Positions 16,550 through 24,666 of a stretch of DNA of 35,391 nucleotides are shown here, piece after piece. The stretch covers positions 1-35,391 of the IMG/VR virus record IMGVR_UViG_3300008255_000278; one strand, given 5' to 3'. The position numbers were made by a program, and so were the translations under genes. This DNA comes from a virus. Lineage: Duplodnaviria > Caudoviricetes. The notes under the pieces were generated by a model, which was not told the origin of the DNA, did no database searches, and saw only the letters and a program-made list of their open reading frames with translations. Position 1 is the first letter of the stretch, and the number at the start of each line of letters is the position of its first letter.

Positions 16550-17935
16550 ATGAAGATACCATTTAACAAAATTAAGCCCGGCATGACCTTTATTGTTGGT
16601 CAAACCAAGAAACCATTTGGTAAGGTTATCACTACTGGTTTATTTTCTGCATTGGCTAAGAAGCATGATGATAATGGAGAAGCTAAAGAAGCTCTTCAAA
16701 ATGGTGATGTAGAAGATAATGATAAAGCTGTCGCCATTAAGATCATTAATAGTGCTGGTCATTCAACTGGTGGTAGTGTAGTCTATGCATATGATGATCT
16801 TGAGGAATTCGATTTAGAAATCACTGAAGCTGTTGAAATTCCACAGCAAACGGACGAGGAAAAGGAAAATATGAATAAGAGTAAGATTAAAGAAGCGGCA
16901 GCGAAGAAAGAATCCGAGGAACTTGATCCTAAGGCTACTGAAACAGTCGTCCCAAAGAAGGAATCTGCTGACGACGACGAAGTCAAAGAGACTGACGATT
17001 CTAAGAAGGAAGGCTGTGACGATTCTAAGAAAGAATCTAAAGATGAAGAACTTCCCGTTGGTGCTGAGATGGACGATCCTGATGACAAAGACGATGATGA
17101 GATGGATGAAAAGTCTAGTAAGAAGGAAGCCGTTATTGCGAGAGTTGAAGCTGAGGCCAATGCTGCGTTGGAAGCTGAAAAAACTGCTAAGAGCAATGAA
17201 TCAATAAACGAACTAATTGCAAGTGACGCAACTCTTTCCGAAGACTTTAAAGCTAAAGCTGGTATGATCTTTGAAGCAGCCGTTGCTCTTCGGGTATCTG
17301 AGGAAGTAGCTAGTATCCGTAATGAGAATGCTGTTGTTATTAATGCTGCGCTGGAACGCGAAATGGATGCTATCACTGAAAAGGTAGATAGTTATCTGGC
17401 ATATGCTGTAGAGACAATGGTTGAAGATAATGCTGAGACGATCGAGTCTAAATTGCGGAACGAAGTAACCGAATCCTTCATGACTAAATTGAAGGCTGTC
17501 TTTGAAGAGCATTATGCTGAAATGCCTGAAGGTAAATTTGATTTGTACGAAGATCTTTCAAAGAAGTCTACTCAGACCTCAACTGAATTGGAAGAAACCA
17601 AGACTCAACTAGAAAAGGTGACATCTGAATTGACAGCTCTTCGCCGAGCTAAGATTCTAGCCGAAGCCTCAAAGGGTCTATGTGATACTCAGGCTGAACG
17701 CCTGGTTGCTCTAACCGAGATGATCGATTTTGTCGATGAAGTCTCATTTGCAAAGAGTGTATCGCTGTTCAAAGAAACATATTTTAATAATGGGACAAGT
17801 GAAAGTATTAAAAAGTCTGAAAGGGATGTAACTATCAATACCAAGATAGTTGAAGAACTAGATGACAGTGAAAAAGTTGACTCTGTTATGGGACGATATG
17901 TGGATGCTATTAGCCGCCACTCAAAAACTGCGTAA
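16550..17935 (+). CDS. 22: Prohead scaffold gp22 with N-terminal extension (second likely start at 16871)
   Basis: LSEDFK.KA..IFEAAV, KVDSYL.Y.VE, ESFM..LK.VF.EH, M.RY..AI; AAAGGA SD before ATG 16871. Confidence 0.9.
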   Translation: MKIPFNKIKPGMTFIVGQTKKPFGKVITTGLFSALAKKHDDNGEAKEALQNGDVEDNDKAVAIKIINSAGHSTGGSVVYAYDDLEEFDLEITEAVEIPQQTDEEKENMNKSKIKEAAAKKESEELDPKATETVVPKKESADDDEVKETDDSKKEGCDDSKKESKDEELPVGAEMDDPDDKDDDEMDEKSSKKEAVIARVEAEANAALEAEKTAKSNESINELIASDATLSEDFKAKAGMIFEAAVALRVSEEVASIRNENAVVINAALEREMDAITEKVDSYLAYAVETMVEDNAETIESKLRNEVTESFMTKLKAVFEEHYAEMPEGKFDLYEDLSKKSTQTSTELEETKTQLEKVTSELTALRRAKILAEASKGLCDTQAERLVALTEMIDFVDEVSFAKSVSLFKETYFNNGTSESIKKSERDVTINTKIVEELDDSEKVDSVMGRYVDAISRHSKTA

Positions 17936-17936
17936 G

Positions 17937-17944
17937 TATAAATA
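17937..17944 (+). promoter_or_regulatory. Late promoter (gp23)
   Basis: TATAAATA. Confidence 0.8.
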
Positions 17945-17988
17945 ATTCCGTGAGTCTATAAAGACTAAACAGAATAGGAAAGAAGATT

Positions 17989-19260
17989 ATGTTCAATACC
18001 GAAAAACTCCAAATCAAGTGGAAGGCCGTGCTAGAGCACAAAGATTGCGCGCCCATCACTGATCCATATAAGCTGGCTGTAACTACTCGCCTGCTTGAAA
18101 ACCAAGAAATCGCAATTCAGGAAGAGCGCGCTGCTACTCCCGGTTTCATGACTGAAGACGCTTCAGCTCAGGACGTTACCTCCAATAAGGTTGCTAACTA
18201 TGATCCGGTGCTGATTAGCCTTGTACGTCGTGCTATGCCGAATGTTATTGCTTATGACATTGCTGGTGTACAACCGATGACTGGTCCTACTGGTCTTATC
18301 TTCGCAATGAAGTCTGAGTATCGTTCGACTAAGAATGGTACTACATACGGCGATGAAGCGCTGCATGATAAGCCTAACACTGCGTTCTCAGGTCGTATGA
18401 CTACTCAGGCGGCTGAAAAGCTATCTGGTGGTTATGATCAGCGTGTAATCGAAGCCGCTGGTAAGACTGGTTTCGCCGAAATGGGATTCAGGATCGAAAA
18501 GACTATGGTTGCTGCAAAGAGCCGTGCTCTTCGTGCCACCTACACTACTGAACTTGCCCAGGATCTAAAGGCTGTTCATGGTATGGATGCTGAATCTGAA
18601 TTGGCAAACATCCTTTCAAGTGAAATCATCGGCGAGATCAATCGCGAACTTATCGATGGTGTCAATAACTGCGCCAAGCTTGGTGGACAGCTTCTATCTG
18701 GTGTGTTCGATCTGAACGTTAACTCAGATGGTCGTTGGTCTGTTGAGAAGTACAAGGGTCTGATTCTTGCAATCGAACGCGAAGCTAATAAGATCGCGGT
18801 TGAGACTCGTCGTGGTAAGGGTAATATCCTTATTTGCTCAAGCAACGTTGCTTCAGCGATCGCGGCTGCTGGAATGCTTAGCTATACCCCAGCGCTTGCT
18901 GTGGATATGCAGGTAGATCCTGTTGGTAACCTGTTTGCTGGAACGATCAATGGACGCACCAAGGTGTTTATTGACCCGTTCGCTGAAACCGAGTATGTGA
19001 CTATCGGCTATCGCGGATCTAATCCGTATGACGCTGGTGTGTTCTACTGCCCATATGTGCCTCTAGCAATGATGAGAGCTGTTGATCCTGACGATTTCCA
19101 GCCACGCATCGGGTTTAAGACGCGCTATGGCCTAAAGGCTAACCCGTTCGTAACACTGTCAGAGAACGATGCTTATGGCATGTTCGGTGGCACCCAGTTG
19201 AATCCTTACTTCCGTACATTCACGGTTGAGGGTCTGATTGGTGATTACGTAGCAGCGTAA
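17989..19260 (+). CDS. 23: Major capsid protein gp23
   Basis: LLENQE, GVQPMTGPTGLIFAM, ELAQDLKAVHG.DAE.EL, FYCPYVPL, GFKTRYG. Confidence 0.98.
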   Translation: MFNTEKLQIKWKAVLEHKDCAPITDPYKLAVTTRLLENQEIAIQEERAATPGFMTEDASAQDVTSNKVANYDPVLISLVRRAMPNVIAYDIAGVQPMTGPTGLIFAMKSEYRSTKNGTTYGDEALHDKPNTAFSGRMTTQAAEKLSGGYDQRVIEAAGKTGFAEMGFRIEKTMVAAKSRALRATYTTELAQDLKAVHGMDAESELANILSSEIIGEINRELIDGVNNCAKLGGQLLSGVFDLNVNSDGRWSVEKYKGLILAIEREANKIAVETRRGKGNILICSSNVASAIAAAGMLSYTPALAVDMQVDPVGNLFAGTINGRTKVFIDPFAETEYVTIGYRGSNPYDAGVFYCPYVPLAMMRAVDPDDFQPRIGFKTRYGLKANPFVTLSENDAYGMFGGTQLNPYFRTFTVEGLIGDYVAA

Positions 19261-19280
19261 CCGAAACCTTAACGGTTCAG

Positions 19281-19318
19281 AAAGAGCAGAGAATTTCTTC
19301 TCTGCTCTTTTTTTGTTT
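19281..19318 (+). terminator. Intrinsic terminator after gene 23
   Basis: AAAGAGCAGAGAA-TTTC-TTCTCTGCTCTTT followed by a T run. Confidence 0.85.
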
Positions 19319-19319
19319 G

Positions 19320-19327
19320 TATAAATA
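19320..19327 (+). promoter_or_regulatory. Late promoter (gp3)
   Basis: TATAAATA with 5 nt before ATG 19333. Confidence 0.8.
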
Positions 19328-19332
19328 ACTAT

Positions 19333-19809
19333 ATGACAGCTTGTATACCAGATCTGACTAATATGTTAACTCCACTGGGCTTTAGACTTACTATCGACGC
19401 GAATGAGTTCAAAAATCTAGAGTACTTTTGCATTGCTGCTTCATTACCATCTGTGCAATTACCAGCGATACCTACAGGATTTAGAAATAGTAAACTTCAG
19501 GTACCGGGCGAAACCATATCATACGATCCGATGAGTGTTACATTCATTGTTGACGCGAAACTGCTAAACTATCAAGAGCTATTTTCTTGGATTCTAACTA
19601 ACGCCAATGGTCCAAAACTTATATGGCGTGATATGACGTTAAGTATTTTGACTAATCAAAATACTTCAAACAAACAAGTGAAATTCAAAGATGTTATCCC
19701 TACAGCTTTAACAGCACTTGAGTTCAACATTCAGACCACCGATGTTGAATACTTGGCGGCTACGGTGGAATTCGCATATACTGCATTTGAAATAGTTACT
19801 GTATTATAA
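19333..19809 (+). CDS. 3: Tail tube terminator/completion protein gp3
   Basis: N.L.P.GF, FC...LP, PG, F.VD..L.NY, F.Y; synteny after gene 23. Confidence 0.88.
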   Translation: MTACIPDLTNMLTPLGFRLTIDANEFKNLEYFCIAASLPSVQLPAIPTGFRNSKLQVPGETISYDPMSVTFIVDAKLLNYQELFSWILTNANGPKLIWRDMTLSILTNQNTSNKQVKFKDVIPTALTALEFNIQTTDVEYLAATVEFAYTAFEIVTVL

Positions 19810-19810
19810 T

Positions 19811-20260
19811 ATGATTAATCTTGATACGATAGAAAAGATGTGGGAGAAAGACTCTGTCATTGATCCCATCAACCTTGACACGACTTCTCTAGATACTTCT
19901 GCGCTTCATGCCAAATATCTAAAAATCTTCAATATCACTCGTATGTTGTTGAAAAGGCGTGAGCTTCGATTAGTACAACTCAAGAAAGACAAGTGGTTGT
20001 ACTTTAGTGGAAAAATGACTCGTGATAAAATGGACGAGTTGAACTGGCCATATGATCCATTCAATGGTTGCTCTAAACCAATGAAGTCTGAACTAACTAA
20101 TCATATTGATGCCGATACAGAAGTGCAAGATGTACTTCTGAAAATTGAATATGCTAAGCTTATGGTTGAGTCTGTTGAAGAGATTATGAATAGCATTCGC
20201 TGGAGGCATTCGGCAATTAAGAATGCAATTGAGTGGAAGAAGTTTAATGCTGGTATATGA
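19811..20260 (+). CDS. uvsY: Recombination mediator UvsY
   Basis: W.KDS.ID, LHAKYL, IKNAIEW.KF..G. Confidence 0.9.
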   Translation: MINLDTIEKMWEKDSVIDPINLDTTSLDTSALHAKYLKIFNITRMLLKRRELRLVQLKKDKWLYFSGKMTRDKMDELNWPYDPFNGCSKPMKSELTNHIDADTEVQDVLLKIEYAKLMVESVEEIMNSIRWRHSAIKNAIEWKKFNAGI

Positions 20261-21744
20261 TGGCCGATCAAATTCATTTACACAAAGTCAACGAGTCGTT
20301 TGTACGAGTTGAAGCTGAACGTGATCTGCTTCATGAGATCAATGACCGGTATACTTTCTTCGCGCAGAACTATCGTTTCATGCCCAAATATCGTAATGGC
20401 ATATGGGACGGAAAGATCCGCCTTTTAGACGGGCGGACAGGCGGGCTCCCGCACGGGCTTGTAGCAGATCTAAAGTTATTTGCGAAGGAACGCGGATACG
20501 ATTTAACGCTGGATTCAAGTATCAACCCAATAAGACCTGACGATGAAGTAGTTCAGCAATTCCTTACGCATCTGAATCTACCTCACGAATTACGAGATTA
20601 TCAGTTAGCAGCTTTCAGATCGACCATATACAATCAAAGAAATATCGTCGTCTCACCCACAGGATCGGGAAAGTCGCTGATCATATATCTGTTGGCCCTG
20701 TTTAGTATTTTCATTCTTAAGAAACGGGTATTGCTAATTGTACCAACAACTAGTCTAGTAGAACAGATGACGACAGATTTTGCAGACTACTCGGTGAATA
20801 ATGGATTCAGCGTGGATGATCATGTTCATAAGATCTACTCTGGTCATGAGAAGATGACAAATAAGATGATAGTGATTACCACATGGCAGTCGATCTTTAG
20901 ATTAAGTAGGGTATGGTTTGAACCGTATGGTACGGTGATCTGTGACGAAGCTCACCTTGCTCAAGCTAAATCTATAACTCGTGTAATGGATCTATGTGTG
21001 AACGCTACTCATAGGATTGGAACTACCGGGACGCTTAATGATTCATTGACGCATAAGTTAGTGTTGACGGGTTTGTTCGGGCCTGTGTTCAAAGCTACAA
21101 CTACTAAGAAGCTAATGGACAATAAGACTCTGTCAAAGACTAAGATCCATGTGTTTCGTTTAGAGTATGCCAGTGATGAATGCAAAGACTTTCGGAAAGA
21201 AGTAACTACATACCACGAAGAAATGTCGTACCTTGTGAGTTCAAAGAAGCGGAATACCTTCATCTGCAATCTAGCCCTAGCTCAGAATAAGAATACACTG
21301 ATTCTATTCAATTATGTAGATACACATGGTAAACCATTGTTTGAATTGCTAAACGGTTTGAAGAGTGATCCAGATAGGCATACATATTTCATATCAGGAG
21401 GTGCTGATACCGCTTGTCGAGAAGAGATTCGGAAGCTCATGGAAACTGAAGTAAATGCTATTTTGCTAGCATCAGTTGGAACATTCTCGGTTGGAGTAAA
21501 CATCCGCAATCTACATAACATTATCTTTGCCAATCCAACCAAGTCAGTTATTAGAGTTCTGCAGTCAATTGGTAGAGGGCTACGGAAACATGATGATAAG
21601 AGTTTGCTTAGAGTTTACGACCTAATTGATGACCTTAGTGACCAACGCGCAAAGAAGAACTTTGCATTGAAGCATGGGATTGAAAGGGTCAAACTGTATG
21701 TTCGGGAAAAGTTTGATTATGTAACCCACACGTGCAAGGTATAA
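20257..21744 (+). CDS. uvsW: SF2 helicase UvsW
   Basis: WDGKIRL, SPTGSGKS, DEAH, QSIGRGLR. Confidence 0.96.
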   Translation: MMADQIHLHKVNESFVRVEAERDLLHEINDRYTFFAQNYRFMPKYRNGIWDGKIRLLDGRTGGLPHGLVADLKLFAKERGYDLTLDSSINPIRPDDEVVQQFLTHLNLPHELRDYQLAAFRSTIYNQRNIVVSPTGSGKSLIIYLLALFSIFILKKRVLLIVPTTSLVEQMTTDFADYSVNNGFSVDDHVHKIYSGHEKMTNKMIVITTWQSIFRLSRVWFEPYGTVICDEAHLAQAKSITRVMDLCVNATHRIGTTGTLNDSLTHKLVLTGLFGPVFKATTTKKLMDNKTLSKTKIHVFRLEYASDECKDFRKEVTTYHEEMSYLVSSKKRNTFICNLALAQNKNTLILFNYVDTHGKPLFELLNGLKSDPDRHTYFISGGADTACREEIRKLMETEVNAILLASVGTFSVGVNIRNLHNIIFANPTKSVIRVLQSIGRGLRKHDDKSLLRVYDLIDDLSDQRAKKNFALKHGIERVKLYVREKFDYVTHTCKV

Positions 21745-21747
21745 ATA
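21740..21747 (+). promoter_or_regulatory. Late promoter
   Basis: TATAAATA overlapping the uvsW stop. Confidence 0.65.
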
Positions 21748-21782
21748 ATTACAGATTGGTAATAGAAACATCTGGAGTAATA

Positions 21783-22232
21783 ATGATAGCACTAAAAGAA
21801 CATGAACCATCGCTAAGCGATCACTTATTTGTGTTTAAGCTCGTGAATGGTCAAACCATAGCAGCGATTACTACAGCTGCTGAAGATGGTTCTGCTTTCT
21901 TATTGCAGTGGCCATATCTATTAACTCTTGAGTCGGATGATGACGGTGACTGCGATATCTGCATGTCTCCTTGGATGTTAGGTGGCGGCCAGCCTGCATG
22001 TAATATTGCTGCAGAGGATGTTCTCACTATCTACAAACCAAGTGAATCTCTAATTCATGAATATGCTGAAGCTATACTTGAAGACAATGCTTTACTGTCT
22101 AAAGAATGTAAGCAACTCCAGAGTAAGCCTGCTACCGCAGTTAAGAAGAAGACTATATGGGAAGATGATTCGTGGTTAGAAAGATTTAGAACACCACCTC
22201 CGTCAACCACATCTGTCACTTCAGTTTCTTGA
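21783..22232 (+). CDS. Hypothetical protein (type usually found between uvsW and gene 55)
   Basis: KLVNGQTI.A...PWM...P...Y; GGAG SD before ATG 21783. Confidence 0.7.
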   Translation: MIALKEHEPSLSDHLFVFKLVNGQTIAAITTAAEDGSAFLLQWPYLLTLESDDDGDCDICMSPWMLGGGQPACNIAAEDVLTIYKPSESLIHEYAEAILEDNALLSKECKQLQSKPATAVKKKTIWEDDSWLERFRTPPPSTTSVTSVS

Positions 22233-22279
22233 TACTAGTATTTCTTTAAAGCTTTAATTGTTTTAACGAACATAGAATT

Positions 22280-22310
22280 ATTATACCATATCGTAAACAT
22301 CTTGTACACC
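22280..22310 (-). promoter_or_regulatory. Early-type promoter pointing antisense
   Basis: Minus strand GGTGTACA-N17-TATAAT with extended TG. Confidence 0.75.
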
Positions 22311-22344
22311 ATTATTTTTCTACAGAATATGATTGGTATATTTT

Positions 22345-22375
22345 GGTGTACATTCTATTAGCTGTATGGTATAAT
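22345..22375 (+). promoter_or_regulatory. Early-type promoter for gene 55
   Basis: GGTGTACA-N17-TATAAT with extended TG. Confidence 0.8.
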
Positions 22376-22399
22376 AGATCTTATAAATTAAGGACAGCT

Positions 22400-22864
22400 A
22401 TGATTACTACTAGAATGAAACGAAAGCCAGAGCACTATGTTAAGAACAAGGACTTCACTGCAGCAGTCGTAGCTTATGCGGGCACGCATGCAGACACGCT
22501 CCTTCCTGATTATATAGCCGAGAGCTTTCTTAAAATGGCCGAAGGTCTATCCCATAAACCAAACTTCTATTCCTATTCATACAGGCAAGACATGGTAATG
22601 GATGGTGTGGAGAATTGTGTCAAGGCAATTCGTAACTATAATCCTAAGGCAGCCACCCGCGGCGGCGCTCCAAACGCGTTTGGTTATTTCACCCAGATTA
22701 TCTATTTTGCCTTCTTACGGCGGATTGCTAAAGAGAAGCGCCAGCAGGAAATTAAAGAACGTCTAATCAACAATGCTGGAATTGAACAGTTCATGACAAG
22801 TGATGGCGAACACGGTGATAGCACGATGATTGAGCGGGTTAAGACACGTAGAGAGCAGTGGTAG
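22400..22864 (+). CDS. 55: Late-transcription sigma factor gp55
   Basis: HYV.NK.F, LSHKPNF..Y.Y...M..DG.ENC, F.YFTQI.YFAFLRRI.KEK.Q; AAGGA SD. Confidence 0.96.
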   Translation: MITTRMKRKPEHYVKNKDFTAAVVAYAGTHADTLLPDYIAESFLKMAEGLSHKPNFYSYSYRQDMVMDGVENCVKAIRNYNPKAATRGGAPNAFGYFTQIIYFAFLRRIAKEKRQQEIKERLINNAGIEQFMTSDGEHGDSTMIERVKTRREQW

Positions 22865-22887
22865 TATATTCTTAAGCTTTGTGATTT

Positions 22888-22895
22888 TATAAATA
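22888..22895 (+). promoter_or_regulatory. Late promoter (HNH gene)
   Basis: TATAAATA with 5 nt before ATG 22901. Confidence 0.75.
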
Positions 22896-22900
22896 CATTC

Positions 22901-23569
22901 ATGACTACATCACTTAATAAACATTATAGACGGATATGGCATGAGAATCATGGTGAGATACCAAGAGACGAAAACGGCATTTCATACGAAATACATCACA
23001 TAAACGGAGATCACCACGATAATCGGATTCAGAATCTGCAATGTATTTCGATACACGAGCATTATATGATTCATTATGAACTTGGCGATATGTATGTGTG
23101 CAGCAGTATTTTGCAAAGATTAAAACGACATGTTAATGCTTCATCACTTGATAGATTGCAGAAAAGTATGCCGTTAAAAGGAAGTGCGCATCCAATGTTT
23201 GGAAAGAAACAAAGCACTAAAAGTCGGCAAAAGATTAGTGAGAATCACGCAGATGTTAGTGGAAACAAGAATCCAATGTTTGGAAAGAAACACAGCGGTG
23301 AAGCTAAGCAAAGAATTAGCGCTGCTAATAAAGGCCGGCCAGCACCTCCGTTTACTACTGAATCACACAGAAGAATTTCTGAAAGCAAATACGAATATTG
23401 GAAAACAAAAGGCAAAGCTCGTATTAGAAAAATTGAAGTAGATGGCGTAATCTATGAAAATGCATTTAAAGCATCTGAAGCGTTTGGTATTCAACCAGTG
23501 AATGTTCGTCGCAGATGTAGATTAGAGAGATATAAAAATTGGGGATATATTGAAAATAGCAATCCTTAA
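22901..23569 (+). CDS. Free-standing HNH homing endonuclease (Mob-like) with NUMOD3 repeats
   Basis: YRRIW...HG.IP.D..G..YEIHHINGDH.DN...NL......H...H; two PMFGKK repeats. Confidence 0.9.
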   Translation: MTTSLNKHYRRIWHENHGEIPRDENGISYEIHHINGDHHDNRIQNLQCISIHEHYMIHYELGDMYVCSSILQRLKRHVNASSLDRLQKSMPLKGSAHPMFGKKQSTKSRQKISENHADVSGNKNPMFGKKHSGEAKQRISAANKGRPAPPFTTESHRRISESKYEYWKTKGKARIRKIEVDGVIYENAFKASEAFGIQPVNVRRRCRLERYKNWGYIENSNP

Positions 23570-24653
23570 TGACACACACTTTGGGTATAAAAATAGTTCA
23601 TCACATCATATGAACTATCAAAGTGCGTTTTATAGAACAGTTTTCTTTCCATATTGTAAAGAACATGGTATAACAGAAATACTTCATCTTGGCGACATGT
23701 TTGACAATAGACGCCAACTATCAATTAAGACATTGCATTTTGTTCGTGAACAATTCTTGGAAAAGCTTGTGGAAAATAACATGCATATGAATATTATTCC
23801 TGGAAATCACGATACATTTTTTCGTAATACTAATGACCTTTGTTCATTGGTTGAAGTGCTCCGGCATTATTCTGATTGCGTTACACTACATATGGAACCT
23901 GCTATTGTTAATTACGATGGCGTTGGTGTTGGACTTGTTCCATGGATTAACGATGCAAATTACGATGAGGCTATGCGATTTATTACTGACGCAACTTGTC
24001 CCATCCTTGCAGGTCATTTTGAAGTGGCCGGATTCAAGTACATAGCAAATTCAAACATTAAATCAGAGGGTGAAGACATTCGCATCCTTTCGAAGTATGA
24101 TGTAGTTGTATCAGGACATTACCATACTAGAAGTAAGAAGCAAAACGTAAACTATCTGGGCTCGCAGTACGAGTTTAATTGGAGTGATGTAGACGATAAG
24201 AAATTCTTTCACGTTCTTAATACGACGACACGTGAATTGACACCTGTCCATAATAACAATAGGATGTTTCAACGTTACTATTATGACGACACTGATAAGT
24301 CAAATATTACAGAAGTCCTTACATCTGAACATACTCCATCAAACGTGACAGCTAAGTTTGTGCGAGTAATCGTACAGAAGAAGAATGATTTTCACTTGTT
24401 TGATCAGTACATTCAGCATATCAATAATTTGAACCCGTTTGATTTAACAATCATTGAGAATTACGATGTTAGCGATAGCAGCAAGGATTCGGGAGATATC
24501 AGCGCAATTGAAGATACATCAACGCTAATAGATGATTATGTGGATAATTCGCTTAACACTAATCTAGACAAATTTAAGATAAAGCAATTACTGCAGCAGT
24601 TGTATATTGAAGCTTCTATGCTAGATACTGCCGAGATGGAGACAGAAGAATGA
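23550..24653 (+). CDS. 47: Recombination nuclease gp47 (Mre11/SbcD-like), TTG start
   Basis: KIAILNDTHFG, HLGD.FD.R, GNHD, GHFE, SGHYH. Confidence 0.95.
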   Translation: MKIAILNDTHFGYKNSSSHHMNYQSAFYRTVFFPYCKEHGITEILHLGDMFDNRRQLSIKTLHFVREQFLEKLVENNMHMNIIPGNHDTFFRNTNDLCSLVEVLRHYSDCVTLHMEPAIVNYDGVGVGLVPWINDANYDEAMRFITDATCPILAGHFEVAGFKYIANSNIKSEGEDIRILSKYDVVVSGHYHTRSKKQNVNYLGSQYEFNWSDVDDKKFFHVLNTTTRELTPVHNNNRMFQRYYYDDTDKSNITEVLTSEHTPSNVTAKFVRVIVQKKNDFHLFDQYIQHINNLNPFDLTIIENYDVSDSSKDSGDISAIEDTSTLIDDYVDNSLNTNLDKFKIKQLLQQLYIEASMLDTAEMETEE

Positions 24654-24666
24654 GCCGAGGTATATC

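Noticed and set aside
16960-17120. Repeated TGACGATTCTAAGAA and acidic low-complexity run
   Set aside because: Ordinary low-complexity N-terminal region of the scaffold protein.
22343-22399. Track's extended start for gene 55 (likewise 7304, 21732, 3689, 133)
   Set aside because: The gene 55 extension overlaps its promoter; downstream ATGs with SD sites, gene overlaps or recognisable N-termini fit better in each case.
23190-23292. 22-nt direct repeat ATCCAATGTTTGGAAAGAAACA
   Set aside because: Encodes duplicated NUMOD3-like motifs within the HNH gene; two copies only, not a CRISPR array.
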